Assembly: GCA_036833455.1 (NCBI GenBank)
Contig: DAITPU010000001.1
Span: 116,397 to 180,396, forward strand
Reading direction: 5' to 3'
Source: a bacterium
GTDB lineage: Archaea; Nanobdellota; Nanobdellia; Pacearchaeales; GW2011-AR1
Length of the DNA: 64,000 bases
How positions within the stretch are numbered: position 1 is the stretch's first letter; the number at the start of each line of letters is the position of its first letter. Positions 42,228 to 52,626 of this stretch are shown one piece after another. Below the pieces are notes generated by a model, which saw nothing but the letters and a program-made list of their open reading frames with translations, did no database searches and had not been told where the DNA came from. The position numbers and the translations under genes are program-made.

Positions 42228-43258
42228 AATTCTAAACCGTATCTTTCTCTAATTTTATTTAGCCTATTTAATTGAATAAAATTTATATTTTCTTCATCAA
42301 AAACCTTAGCTAAAAACTTTGAATCTGAATATTCTTTTAAATTAGGTTCAAGTGAATCTCCTTCAGAAACAATAATTAACTCAAAATCTCCATAAATTTC
42401 AGAATAAACTCCTTTATCAAAATATCCTCCTTTTGAAAAAGAAATTGGGCTTGGGGAAGTTGTTTCAATAAAACAATAACCACTTTTTCTAAAACTTTTT
42501 TTCAAAGGGCATTTTATACCTGCCGCTTGATGATTTAATTCAGGAAAATAAAAAAGAGCAGTTCCAAAACCTAATTCTTTCAATAAAAATACGGTTAATT
42601 CGGATTTACTCTCACACGCTCCTTTTCCAAAATAAAGCGTTTGATATGGATAATAAGAAAATTTTAAAGGGAATTCTATTTCAGAATAAGAAATATTTTC
42701 AAAATCATCACTATATTCTATATTCTGCACTAAACTTACAGAAATTCTTGCTTGATCTGTTTTTGAATCAGGGGCTAAATTCTGTATTGCTACGATTAAA
42801 GGTAGAAGAGATTCTCTTTGAAGGGGTTCATTTATTTTTTTAAGCTCAAAATCTTTCCTAACCGGAAAATTACTTTCATTAAAATTAATAAATTTAGGTA
42901 AATTAGAGAGATAATTAACAACTTCCTCATATAGCTCTATTTCAACACTTTCTTTTTGACCTTTCAAGGTATAATAAAAAGAAGATATTTTTGATTCTCC
43001 AGATAAATTTGAATTACATTTCTCTAAATCAATCTTAAGACCTTCTGCACAGGAACATAAAGAAGCTCTTGGAATCAAAATTCCTTCTTCACAAAAATAA
43101 GGCAAGTTTGTAGAACAATTTCCATAAAAAGTCCCATCACCACATATAAAATTTTTATTTGAAACAAAAAAATTTAAAGAAAAAAGCAAAATAAGACTAA
43201 CTATCAATAAGGAAACAAAAATAAACCTGTATTTCGCTTGCATAAACAATAAATGCAC
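42224..43258 (-). CDS. secreted/membrane-anchored Cys-rich protein, hypothetical
   Basis: N-terminal signal/anchor, multiple Cys pairs. Confidence 0.35.
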   Translation of the reverse strand: MHLLFMQAKYRFIFVSLLIVSLILLFSLNFFVSNKNFICGDGTFYGNCSTNLPYFCEEGILIPRASLCSCAEGLKIDLEKCNSNLSGESKISSFYYTLKGQKESVEIELYEEVVNYLSNLPKFINFNESNFPVRKDFELKKINEPLQRESLLPLIVAIQNLAPDSKTDQARISVSLVQNIEYSDDFENISYSEIEFPLKFSYYPYQTLYFGKGACESKSELTVFLLKELGFGTALFYFPELNHQAAGIKCPLKKSFRKSGYCFIETTSPSPISFSKGGYFDKGVYSEIYGDFELIIVSEGDSLEPNLKEYSDSKFLAKVFDEENINFIQLNRLNKIRERYGLEF

Positions 43259-43273
43259 TTGTATTATAAAAAG

Positions 43274-43765
43274 TTATTTATCTGAATTCCAAGAAGAATT
43301 TGTTTTTTTAATTAATTTAATTAAAAAAGGTTTAACAGAATTTTTCCAAGCATAAAAAGAGTCTTCAATAAATTTCGATTGTGAATCAATGTCCTTTTCC
43401 AATAAAACAAGGGAATATTTTGTTGAAACGTTCATACAAATTTTAATTACTTCCCAAATTTCTTTCTTGTCTTTTTCTGAATTAAATATTTTAAACTCCA
43501 CTTGATTTAAATAATTATTTGGAGAAGGGAAAATTAAACTATTTAAATAATTATTCCAAATACGAAAGTAATCTACAATTTTGCTTCCTAATTGGGGAAA
43601 AAAATTTTCACGAACAAATCCCTGTTCAAAAACAGAATCATATAGATTAAATTCTTCTTCTAATTCATTTAAAGTTAATTTTAATCCGGATTCTTTTTTA
43701 AACTCCTCAAATCTCCATTCAAATTCCTTTTTTAATTCTTCTTTATTTATCGTCATTCTAACCAA
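43274..43765 (-). CDS. hypothetical protein
   Basis: 163-aa ORF. Confidence 0.3.
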   Translation of the reverse strand: MVRMTINKEELKKEFEWRFEEFKKESGLKLTLNELEEEFNLYDSVFEQGFVRENFFPQLGSKIVDYFRIWNNYLNSLIFPSPNNYLNQVEFKIFNSEKDKKEIWEVIKICMNVSTKYSLVLLEKDIDSQSKFIEDSFYAWKNSVKPFLIKLIKKTNSSWNSDK

Positions 43766-46179
43766 AAGGAAGGCATCCCTAATTTAGATTTTTTAGATTT
43801 ATTTTTTGGATCATATTTTTCTTTATCGTTAACAGAATAAACACTTACCCTTAAATTTAAATCTTTTTCTAATTTTTCTAGATTTATTTTATCTTTGTCC
43901 GAAGGAACAACATAAATAAATATCTCTTTAAAATTTTCCTTAATCTCATTATCTTTAAGAATATTAAGAATTTTTGCATTTAATGAAAAATCCTGTTTTG
44001 AATTTTGTGGTTTAATAATCCTAAATTCTGGCCAAGGAGAATTTGAAATAAATCCCTTATTTCCTAATCTTTCCCAAAGTTCCTCAGTAATATGTGGACA
44101 AATAGGATTTAACAGTTTTAAAAAATTATCCAAAATTTTTTTACTAATTTCTCCTTTTTCCATTTCTTCAAAAAAGTCTCTAAGTTCAATTGTGGCTTTC
44201 CTATATTCGAAATTCCCATAATATTGACCAACATTTTTTATCGTTTTATTCATTTTATTCTCAAGATAATCCGAAGAATTACCTAATTTAGGATTTTCAT
44301 ATAAATCAAAGATTTTTCTAATAAACCTTAAACTACCAATTATCCCTTTTTCATTCCAATCAATATCTTTGTCAGGGGAAGCCAAACTACAAAGAAAAAA
44401 TCTTGCGGTATCTATTCCATATTTATCTGATACACTTTCAGGTAAAACTACATTCCCTTTGGATTTACTCATTCTCTCTCCTCCAGAAGCATGAAGCATA
44501 CCTTGGTGAAACAATTTCTTTGCAGGCTCATCAAAATTAATCAAACCAATATCTCTTAAAAATTTTGTATAAAATCTTGAATAAATTAGATGCATACATG
44601 CGTGTTCTGGACCACCTATATAAATATCAACCGGACACCAATTCTTAACTTTATTTGAATCAAAAATCTTAAGAGAATTTCTTGGATCACAATATCTCAT
44701 AAAATACCATGAAGAATTAACAAAAGTATCCATCGTATCTGTTTCTCTTTTTCCCTCTTTACCACAATTTGGGCAATCAGCCCTTATCCAATCTTTATTA
44801 GTCTCTAGAGGATTCCCCTCTCCAAATTCAACTTTATCTGGAAGTATAACTGGCAAATCTTCTTCAGGAACGGGAACAGCACCACAATTAGGACAATAGA
44901 TTATAGGAATAGGAGTCCCCCAATATCTCTGTCTGGATATTCCCCAATCTCTAAGCTTAAAATTAATAACTTCTCTAGCAATTCCTTTATTTCCTAACCA
45001 AGCATTAATTTTTCTTTTAGCCTCTTCATTATTTAGCCCATCGAACTTGCCTGAATTTATTAACTTTCCTTGATTTGTAATAGCCCTAAAATCATCTAAA
45101 TTTCCCTCAATAACTTGCTTAATTTTAATTTTATATTTTTTTGCAAATTCAAAATCTCTTTGATCATGTGCTGGCACAGCCATTACCATTCCGGAACCAT
45201 AATCTGCAACAACGAAATTTCCAGCATAAACTGGAACTTCTTCTCCTGTTGCAGGATTAATTGCATAAGAGCCAGTGAAAACACCTTGCTTTTCCATATC
45301 TGCTAAATCCTTTTCTGAAACTGTTTTCAAACTTTCTAAAAATTCTTCAATTATCTCTTTCCTATCATAAGTAACTAAATCATCGAGATTAGGATGTTGA
45401 GCTGAAACAACCATAAAAGTAACTCCAAAAATAGTATCTGGTCTTGTAGTAAAAACAGGCCATTTTTTTCCATTAATTTGAAAATCTATTTCAACACCAA
45501 AACTCTTTCCTATCCAATTTCTCTGCATTAATTTAGTCCTCTCTGGCCAATCCATCTTATTCAAATTTTCATAAAGCTCATCTGCATAATCGGTTATTTT
45601 TAAAAACCACTGTTTTAGTTTCTTTATTTGAACTTTAGATCCGCAACGATCACAATTCCCCGTCTGTGCTTGTTCATTTGCTAAAACAGTTTTACAAGAA
45701 GGGCACCAATTTACATTTGACTCCTTCCTATAGGCTAAATTTTTCTCCAACATTTTCAAAAAAATCCATTGATCCCATTTGTAATAATTTGGATCGGAAG
45801 TAACAACTAATCTAGACCAATCATAACTCAATCCCAGAGCTTTTTGCTGGTTCATAAAATTATTCATAGAATTTTCAGTATAATCTTTAGGATGAATCTT
45901 CTCTTTTATAGCTGCATTTTCTGCGGGCAACCCCAATGAATCATAACCCATTGGGTGCAAAACTTCGAAACCATTCATCAGCTTAAATCTTGCGACAATA
46001 TCTCCAATAACATAATTCCATGCATGTCCCATATGTAATCCTGAACCAGATGGATAGGGAAACATTTCAAGAACATAAAATTTCTTTTTTTCAGAATTCT
46101 CTTTAACTTCAAATATATTCGAATCTTTCCATCTTTTTTGCCACTTATCTTCAATTAATTTAAAGTTAATCTCATCCAT
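43753..46179 (-). CDS. leuS: leucyl-tRNA synthetase, bacterial-type
   Basis: MFPYPSGSGLHMGHAWNYVIGDIVARFKLMNGFEVLHPMGYDSLGLPAENAAIK (HIGH region of bacterial LeuRS), CP1 domain, RMSKSKGN; 808 aa. Confidence 0.85.
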   Translation of the reverse strand: MDEINFKLIEDKWQKRWKDSNIFEVKENSEKKKFYVLEMFPYPSGSGLHMGHAWNYVIGDIVARFKLMNGFEVLHPMGYDSLGLPAENAAIKEKIHPKDYTENSMNNFMNQQKALGLSYDWSRLVVTSDPNYYKWDQWIFLKMLEKNLAYRKESNVNWCPSCKTVLANEQAQTGNCDRCGSKVQIKKLKQWFLKITDYADELYENLNKMDWPERTKLMQRNWIGKSFGVEIDFQINGKKWPVFTTRPDTIFGVTFMVVSAQHPNLDDLVTYDRKEIIEEFLESLKTVSEKDLADMEKQGVFTGSYAINPATGEEVPVYAGNFVVADYGSGMVMAVPAHDQRDFEFAKKYKIKIKQVIEGNLDDFRAITNQGKLINSGKFDGLNNEEAKRKINAWLGNKGIAREVINFKLRDWGISRQRYWGTPIPIIYCPNCGAVPVPEEDLPVILPDKVEFGEGNPLETNKDWIRADCPNCGKEGKRETDTMDTFVNSSWYFMRYCDPRNSLKIFDSNKVKNWCPVDIYIGGPEHACMHLIYSRFYTKFLRDIGLINFDEPAKKLFHQGMLHASGGERMSKSKGNVVLPESVSDKYGIDTARFFLCSLASPDKDIDWNEKGIIGSLRFIRKIFDLYENPKLGNSSDYLENKMNKTIKNVGQYYGNFEYRKATIELRDFFEEMEKGEISKKILDNFLKLLNPICPHITEELWERLGNKGFISNSPWPEFRIIKPQNSKQDFSLNAKILNILKDNEIKENFKEIFIYVVPSDKDKINLEKLEKDLNLRVSVYSVNDKEKYDPKNKSKKSKLGMPSFWLE

Positions 46180-46222
46180 AATGAACTAAGAAACTTCAAG
46201 TTTAAGAAGTTTTTGAAGAATC

Positions 46223-47680
46223 TCAAAGTCTCCTTTTAGTAGATTTTCTCATAATCCAAGATAAAAAGAAAAAAACTACAAAAGAAATTCCTAATACTAA
46301 AAATCCATCTAGTAAAGAATAAAGATCAAAATTAAAAAGATAAACTTTTTTTATCATAGTTTCAAAAACAACAAAAGGGTTATACTGAGCTATTCTGAAC
46401 AAACTTTCTGAGACGTTTTCAAGAGGGAATATTAAATTTGAAAAAAACATAAAAAAAGATGAAATTAAAACTGAAGATAAAATTATTGTCTCTTCTGACT
46501 TAAAAAGATAACCCAAAAAAATCCCTAATGAAATAAATACGCTCCATCCAAAGAATAAAATTAAAAACATCTCTAAAGGAGATTTAAAAAAATTCATTCC
46601 AAACAGAAAGTATGATCCAACAAAAATAAGTCCAAATTGAAAAAAAAGAATTATTAGAGGGGTTAAATAATTTGAAAGCAAAAAAGTTATATCTTTGTTT
46701 GGAGTAACAAAATTTCTAAAATACGCCTTAGTTTTTTTATTTTTTAAAACAAAAGACGAAGAAAGCAATACTCCTCCAAATAAAGAAATTAATGCAAAAA
46801 GAATAGGAAATAAAAAATCTCTTTTAGAGTTATTTTGAAGTAAAGGTTCAATTTTAAATACAAGGGGAGACACTATCTCATCTGCAGTCCTATTTCTTGA
46901 CTTTAATGAAGAATTTAAATTATTTATATCAGTTAATGTTTCTTGAACTTTTAATTGAGAATCTTGATTAAAGGAAATTAATTCATTTATATCTTGAGAA
47001 TTAGATTTAATGCTTTGTTTTATCAATTCTAATTTTAGTATTTCACTTTCAACACTAGAAATATTTGAAGAGCTTTTAAGAGAATTTATAACTAAATCTA
47101 AATCTGAAATAGGATTATTGAATGAAAGAAGAATTTCTTCTGAATTGACTAAATCAGATTGTATATCTTTTAAATTTATTTCACTTTTTAAAATAAAAAT
47201 TCTGGTTTTGGATAAATCATCAAGAACTTCTTGAACTAAATAAGAACCCAACTCAGAAGATTGGAGGGAAATATCTTTTCCAATTAAATAAATAAGACTG
47301 TAAACTAAATTCACTCTTGAATAATCTGCATAAAAGATAATTTCTTCCGAATTAGAAGAAGAAATATTCATTGATTCAAAAACTAAACAAACATGAACCT
47401 CTGAACTTTTTATTGAATAAATGCATTCTTCTAAAGAATCAAAATTTTTAACTAAAAAATTATTTTTTTCAAAATCTTCCAAAATTTTTCCCCCTATTTC
47501 AGAATTATTTTGAAAATAAGCCCCAATTTTAATCTTAGATGTTTCATTTGAACCAAATCCATAACCTGAAAGAATTATTATTAAGAGAGGCATAAAAATT
47601 ACAAAAAACAAAGCTATCTTTGATCTAAAAAAAATTCTAAAATCCTTCTCGACTAAACTAAAAATTGAGTTAAAGATCAT
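46223..47680 (-). CDS. ABC-2 type transporter permease with large extracytoplasmic domain
   Basis: N-terminal TM, about 250-aa external domain, 5 C-terminal TM. Confidence 0.6.
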   Translation of the reverse strand: MIFNSIFSLVEKDFRIFFRSKIALFFVIFMPLLIIILSGYGFGSNETSKIKIGAYFQNNSEIGGKILEDFEKNNFLVKNFDSLEECIYSIKSSEVHVCLVFESMNISSSNSEEIIFYADYSRVNLVYSLIYLIGKDISLQSSELGSYLVQEVLDDLSKTRIFILKSEINLKDIQSDLVNSEEILLSFNNPISDLDLVINSLKSSSNISSVESEILKLELIKQSIKSNSQDINELISFNQDSQLKVQETLTDINNLNSSLKSRNRTADEIVSPLVFKIEPLLQNNSKRDFLFPILFALISLFGGVLLSSSFVLKNKKTKAYFRNFVTPNKDITFLLSNYLTPLIILFFQFGLIFVGSYFLFGMNFFKSPLEMFLILFFGWSVFISLGIFLGYLFKSEETIILSSVLISSFFMFFSNLIFPLENVSESLFRIAQYNPFVVFETMIKKVYLFNFDLYSLLDGFLVLGISFVVFFFLSWIMRKSTKRRL

Positions 47681-48557
47681 CTTTATACTTTTCCTCTTTA
47701 TTATCTTTTTCTATTCTCTTCTCTAAAATATCCCAAGGATTTTCCGCCTTAATTTCTTTCTTAATTTCTTTCTTAATTTCTTCAAATTTAGATTTCTTTT
47801 CTTTTGATTCTTGGTAAGTTTTTCTTCTCTTATTTGAAAAAACTTTTTTAAAAACTTGATCTAAATTATTTGAATTATATTTTTTCTTTATTTCACTAAT
47901 ATTTCCTTGGACAATTATTTTTTCATTATACAATATGCAAACTTGATCACAAATTTCTTCTGCTTCTTCCATTATTTGGGTAGTAAGTATAACTGTTGTC
48001 CCGTGTGCATTTATCTTTTTTATAAGATATAAAAATTGTTTTCTTAAAAGAGGATCCAAATCTGCAGTAGGTTCATCTAAAACCAAAATAGAAGGTTTGT
48101 GTATAAGTGAACAAGCTAAATCTAATCTCTTTTTCATACCTAAAGAAAGATTTTTTGCTAGAATATTTGCTGCTTTTTCAAGACCAACAAAATAAACCAT
48201 TCCTTTTACTCTTTTATTGAGTTTATTTATAGGAACACCATATAATTTACCAAAATGGGTTAAATTTTCCACGACAGTCAAATCTTCATAAAAAGAGCCC
48301 TCCTCAATTGAAAACCCGAATTCTTTTTTAACTTTTTGCTGTATTTTAAGAACTTCTTTTCCTTGATAGTAGACTTTTCCCTTTTCTGGTTTATAGAATG
48401 AAACAATTATTTTTAAGATGGTAGACTTTCCCTCTCCAGAAGCCCCAATTATTCCCGTAATTTTTCCTTTTAAAATAGATAAATCAATAGAATCTAAAAC
48501 TTGATTTTTTCCAAAAGATTTTGAAACTTTTTTAAATTCAAGAATACAGTCTTCCAT
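47670..48557 (-). CDS. ABC transporter ATP-binding protein
   Basis: Walker A GASGEGKST, signature LSLGMKKRL, Walker B LVLDEPT. Confidence 0.85.
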   Translation of the reverse strand: MEDCILEFKKVSKSFGKNQVLDSIDLSILKGKITGIIGASGEGKSTILKIIVSFYKPEKGKVYYQGKEVLKIQQKVKKEFGFSIEEGSFYEDLTVVENLTHFGKLYGVPINKLNKRVKGMVYFVGLEKAANILAKNLSLGMKKRLDLACSLIHKPSILVLDEPTADLDPLLRKQFLYLIKKINAHGTTVILTTQIMEEAEEICDQVCILYNEKIIVQGNISEIKKKYNSNNLDQVFKKVFSNKRRKTYQESKEKKSKFEEIKKEIKKEIKAENPWDILEKRIEKDNKEEKYKDDL

Positions 48558-48609
48558 AAACTAACAAAGAAAAAAGAACTTTTAAATATTCCTTAATTTT
48601 TAATCTTAT

Positions 48610-49110
48610 ATGATTCAAATCAATTTAAATGGCAATTTAATCTCATCTAATTCAAAAGAAGCTTATTTTTTGGAAAAAACAAAAAAAATAGGGGAAAAAC
48701 AAGAAGAAAAAATAATTTATTCAATTCCTGAATCTCTTTACTTATTGAAAAAAAATAAGGCAGAAATAAAAATTAGGAATAAAAAAATCGGTTTTGAAGA
48801 AGCATTAGAACATTTTTCAAAAAAAGATAAAAATTGTTTTAATAAATTTTTAGTTTATAGATCTTTAAGGGAAAAAGGATATATTCCCAAAGCGGGATTG
48901 AAATTTGGAGCTGATTTTAGAATTTATGACAAAAATGAAAAACATTCAAAATGGATACTTTTAATAAAAAATAATAATGAAAAAATAAATTTGCAAGAAT
49001 TCTCTAGCAAAAATAGAGTAGCACATTCAACTAAGAAAAAAATTCTCTTAGCAATTATTGATTCTGAAAAAGAAATCTTATTTTATGAAATAAATTGGAT
49101 TAAAATTTAA
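48610..49110 (+). CDS. endA: tRNA-splicing endonuclease (EndA, homotetramer-type)
   Basis: Catalytic domain VYRSLREKGYIPKAGLKFGADFRIYDKN...HSKWIL. Confidence 0.7.
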   Translation: MIQINLNGNLISSNSKEAYFLEKTKKIGEKQEEKIIYSIPESLYLLKKNKAEIKIRNKKIGFEEALEHFSKKDKNCFNKFLVYRSLREKGYIPKAGLKFGADFRIYDKNEKHSKWILLIKNNNEKINLQEFSSKNRVAHSTKKKILLAIIDSEKEILFYEINWIKI

Positions 49111-49155
49111 ATATAACCTAAAAAACTTTATAACCTAAAGAAACCTTTTCTATTT

Positions 49156-49965
49156 ATGATAAGAAATGTTTTAGAAATAAAAGAAAAAATAATAAATTTT
49201 TTAGAAAAAAATGGACCAACAATACCTATTTATATCTCTAGAGAAATTGGTATGGATTTAATGTTTACTTCTGCATTTTTATCTGAATTAATTTCTGAAA
49301 AAAGAATAAAATCCACTTATCTTAGAGTTGGGAGCTCTGCGATTTACTTTTTAGAGGGGCAAGAAGAAAAATTAGAAAGTTTTTCAGAACACTTAAAATC
49401 AAAAGAAAAAGAAGCTTATGAAAAATTAAAAAAAGAAAGATTTTTGCAAGATGATGATCAAGAACCTGCTTTGAGAATTGCGTTAAATTCAATCAAAGAT
49501 TTTGCAATTCCCATTAAAAAAGAAAATAATAAATTAATTTGGAAATATTTCTTAGAAAAAGATTCTTCTAAACAAAAAGAAGACAAAATTGAAAAAGTAA
49601 AAAAATTAAAAAATGAAAAAAAATTTCCTGAAAAAAAGAAAAAAGAAAAAAAAACATCCGAAAAAAAAGAGGAAAAGTTCCTAGAAACAATAAAAGAAAA
49701 ATTAAAAGAAAATAATGAAGAAATTGAAGAAATCATGGGATTAAATAAAGATATGATAATCTTAAGAGTAATCAAAGGAAAAAATAAAAGAATATTAATT
49801 GTTCTAAATAAAAAATTAATTTCCGAAAAAGACATTTTAAATATTTTTAAAAGAGTCGAGAATTTAGAGGAAAAATATTCTATTTTAATTAAAGGGGAAC
49901 CTTCAAAAAAAATAAAAACCTTGTTTAATGCATTCAAAAATCTAGAATCTATTGAATCTACATAA
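49156..49965 (+). CDS. hypothetical protein, N-terminal winged-helix-like domain plus K/E-rich coiled coil
   Basis: ORF. Confidence 0.3.
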   Translation: MIRNVLEIKEKIINFLEKNGPTIPIYISREIGMDLMFTSAFLSELISEKRIKSTYLRVGSSAIYFLEGQEEKLESFSEHLKSKEKEAYEKLKKERFLQDDDQEPALRIALNSIKDFAIPIKKENNKLIWKYFLEKDSSKQKEDKIEKVKKLKNEKKFPEKKKKEKKTSEKKEEKFLETIKEKLKENNEEIEEIMGLNKDMIILRVIKGKNKRILIVLNKKLISEKDILNIFKRVENLEEKYSILIKGEPSKKIKTLFNAFKNLESIEST

Positions 49966-50002
49966 TGAAAAGCTTTAAAAAAGAAATAAGTCACAAATAA
50001 AC

Positions 50003-50209
50003 ATGGGAAAAATAAAATCAAAGCAAGTTAAAAGAGGGGCACACCAACTTTTAGATGAAGGAGTTCCTTTTAGTCAAGACTTTTCTAAAAATAAAAAGAT
50101 ATTGGGAAAAGAAATGCCTTCAAAAAAAATGAGAAACAAAATGGCAGGATATCTTTCTAGATTTATGAAACAAAGGAAAAAAGAAGTAGAAGAACTAAAA
50201 ACAGAATAA
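50003..50209 (+). CDS. rps17e: 30S ribosomal protein S17e
   Basis: MGKIKSKQVKRGAHQLLDE...PSKKMRNKMAGYLSRFMK matches the S17e N-terminal pattern. Confidence 0.7.
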   Translation: MGKIKSKQVKRGAHQLLDEGVPFSQDFSKNKKILGKEMPSKKMRNKMAGYLSRFMKQRKKEVEELKTE

Positions 50210-50254
50210 TTCTAAAAACTTAAAAACCTTTTAATTCTTTTTAAAATAACGAAA

Positions 50255-50328
50255 GGCTCCATAGCTCAGTTGATTAGAGCGCTGCTCTCATGAGGCAGAG
50301 GTCGGGAGTTTGAATCTCCCTGGAGCCA
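50255..50328 (+). tRNA. tRNA with anticodon CAT (elongator Met or Ile2; not initiator: G1-C72, no GGG/CCC anticodon stem)
   Basis: GGCTCCA...CTGCT/CTCATGA/GGCAG...GGGAG/TTTGAAT/CTCCC/TGGAGCC-A. Confidence 0.8.
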
Positions 50329-50398
50329 TCAAAATACAAAAAATAAAAATAAAAAAATAAAACTCTTTTTACCCAGGAAAGTTATTGAATATGAAAGA

Positions 50399-50470
50399 TT
50401 ATTTCTTTTTCTTTTTAACAACTTTCTTCTTTGTAGCTTTTTTCTTTACAGCTTTTTTCTTTGCAACCAT
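50399..50470 (-). CDS. 23-aa poly-lysine peptide MVAKKKAVKKKATKKKVVKKKKK with GGAGG SD; unannotated, function unknown
   Basis: Minus-strand ATG 7 nt downstream of AAGGAGGAG. Confidence 0.25.
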   Translation of the reverse strand: MVAKKKAVKKKATKKKVVKKKKK

Positions 50471-50635
50471 TTTTAATCTCCTCCTTTTTTTATAGGACTT
50501 TCACTGAAAGAAATTCAGATAATTAAATGCCCTTATAAAAAAGTAAGAACAATTTCCTTTAAATATTTTTTTATTTTGTCAAAAAAATATTTTTTTATAA
50601 AAAAATAGATTATTTTTGTCGACGAGAAAAATAAT

Positions 50636-52063
50636 TTATAATTCTTCAAAAGAAATTTCTTCAAAAATTAATTTTCTAAGGGTATCTCTTAAATCTTTGA
50701 TTAAAATTCTTTTTTGTTCTTTAGAATTCCTTTCTCTTAATGTAACTGTTTTATCTTCAGATGTTTTATCGTCAATAGTTAAGCAAAAGGGGGTACCTAT
50801 TTCATCATTACGAGCGTATCTTCTTCCAATAGAACCAGAACGATCATAACTAACATTCCATTCTTTTCTTAGATCTTTAACTATTTCATTTGCAATTTCC
50901 TCATATTCTTCTGATTTAATTATTGGAAAAACAGCAACTTTAATCGGAGCTATTTTTGGATTAAAGTTTAAGAAAACATTTCCTTTATCGTCGGATGAGT
51001 AAGCCTCATAAAGTAAAACCAAAAGAGTTCTTTCTACTCCAAAACTAGGTTCACAAATTACATTAGGCAAAAATTTATTGCCTGATTCTTCATCAAGCAA
51101 ACTTAAATCTTTTTTTGAAAACTTTTGATGCTGACTCAAATCATAATCTCCTCTATCGGCAATTCCTATTAATTCTTTCCAACCAAAGGGGAAATTATAT
51201 TCGATATCCCAACAATCCGTTGAATAATGAGCAAGTTCTTCTTTATCATGTTGCCTTAATCTAAAATTTTTTAAATCACAGCCCATGCTCTTAAACCAAA
51301 GAAGACATTGTCCAATCCAATAAGCATGCCAATCTTTTCTAATTATTTTATTATTGAATGCTTCAAATAAATTCATTTTAATTTCTTTCTTATTTCCAGA
51401 GGATAAAATAGAAATTTCTAAATTTGGGATTTCAAAAGGACATTTTTGTCTTGATTTTATAAAATATTCTATTTCCATCTGTTCAAACTCCCTGCATCTA
51501 AATAAAAAATTCCTTGGGGCTATCTCATTTCTAAATGATTTTCCTATTTGAGCAATTCCAAAAGGAACTTTTAAACGAGAAAGAATAACCGATTCTTTGA
51601 AATTTGAAAAAATCAATTGAGCTGTTTCAGGACGAAGATATCCTTCGCTATCTTCTCCAACTTTTGTTTTAAACATTAATTCAAAATCTCTAACAGAAGA
51701 AAAATCAAAGACCCCTCCACATTCACACTTAATTTTTCCAATTTCAGATTTGTCAATCTTACTAGGTTTTTTGCATTTTTTACATTTTACAAAAACATCA
51801 CTAAAGTTTTCTAAATGACCCGAAGCCCTCCAAATCTGAGGGTGCGTTATAATAGAACCATCAATTTCGACAATTTCTTCTCGAGATTTAACAAAAAAAT
51901 CAGACCAAGATTTTTTTATATTCTTCTTCAATTCATTACCTAATTCAAGATAATCAAAAAACCCAGAAAAACCCCCATAAATTTCTCCAGAAGGTACAAC
52001 AAATCCTTTCCTTTTACAAAATTTGGACATTTCATCGATAGATAGCGTTTCTTTCTTCTCCAT
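50636..52063 (-). CDS. glyS: glycyl-tRNA synthetase (archaeal/eukaryotic alpha2 type)
   Basis: FVVPSGEIYGGFSGFFDY..G..LK.N....W N-terminal signature, class II motifs. Confidence 0.8.
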   Translation of the reverse strand: MEKKETLSIDEMSKFCKRKGFVVPSGEIYGGFSGFFDYLELGNELKKNIKKSWSDFFVKSREEIVEIDGSIITHPQIWRASGHLENFSDVFVKCKKCKKPSKIDKSEIGKIKCECGGVFDFSSVRDFELMFKTKVGEDSEGYLRPETAQLIFSNFKESVILSRLKVPFGIAQIGKSFRNEIAPRNFLFRCREFEQMEIEYFIKSRQKCPFEIPNLEISILSSGNKKEIKMNLFEAFNNKIIRKDWHAYWIGQCLLWFKSMGCDLKNFRLRQHDKEELAHYSTDCWDIEYNFPFGWKELIGIADRGDYDLSQHQKFSKKDLSLLDEESGNKFLPNVICEPSFGVERTLLVLLYEAYSSDDKGNVFLNFNPKIAPIKVAVFPIIKSEEYEEIANEIVKDLRKEWNVSYDRSGSIGRRYARNDEIGTPFCLTIDDKTSEDKTVTLRERNSKEQKRILIKDLRDTLRKLIFEEISFEEL

Positions 52064-52097
52064 AATTAAACAACTCTAAACCATTATTTAAAATTAT

Positions 52098-52511
52098 TTA
52101 TTGCCCCAAGACCTTAATCAAAATTCTTTTTTCTCTTTGACCATCAAATTCTCCGTAAAAAATTTCCTCCCAAGGGCCTAATTCTAATTCAAAATCTTGT
52201 ACAGAAACGACACACTCTCTCCCCATAATTGTTCTCCATAAGTGGGCAAATCCATTATCTTCCCCAGTCCTGTTATGAAAATAATCTTTTCTCTTAGGAG
52301 CCAATTTCTCCAGCAATTCTTTAAAATCCTCTAGGAGACCAGATTCATTATCATTAATAAAAATTGAAGAAGTTATGTGCATAGGATTAACCAAAACAAG
52401 ACCATCTTGAACCCCCGATTCCTTAACAATTTTTTTAACTATTTCAGTAATATGCACAAACTCTATTTTTTCCTTAGTATTGATTTTTATTTGTTTTGAA
52501 TATACTATCAT
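52098..52511 (-). CDS. YjbQ/UPF0047 family protein
   Basis: HITE...SG...GLVLVN.MHITSS.FIND...GLLED...L..LAP....[13 protein letters not shown]...GRE..V.V.....[16 protein letters not shown]. Confidence 0.7.
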   Translation of the reverse strand: MIVYSKQIKINTKEKIEFVHITEIVKKIVKESGVQDGLVLVNPMHITSSIFINDNESGLLEDFKELLEKLAPKRKDYFHNRTGEDNGFAHLWRTIMGRECVVSVQDFELELGPWEEIFYGEFDGQREKRILIKVLGQ

Positions 52512-52584
52512 TTTAAAAAAAAGCGCGGACCGGGACTCGAACCCGGGAAAATTCGCTCTGCAGGCGAACGCAGTAGCCGCTGTG
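52512..52584 (-). tRNA. tRNA-Cys (anticodon GCA)
   Basis: Minus-strand read GCGCGGA...TTCGC/CTGCAGA/GCGAA...CCGGG/TTCGAGT/CCCGG/TCCGCGC-T. Confidence 0.8.
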
Positions 52585-52626
52585 CCATCCGCGCATACTA
52601 ATTCAATAAATTAAGAACTTTTAAAG

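Noticed and set aside
50255-50328. tRNA(CAT) as initiator tRNA
   Set aside because: It has a G1-C72 pair and lacks the three consecutive G-C pairs in the anticodon stem, so it is an elongator Met or Ile2 tRNA
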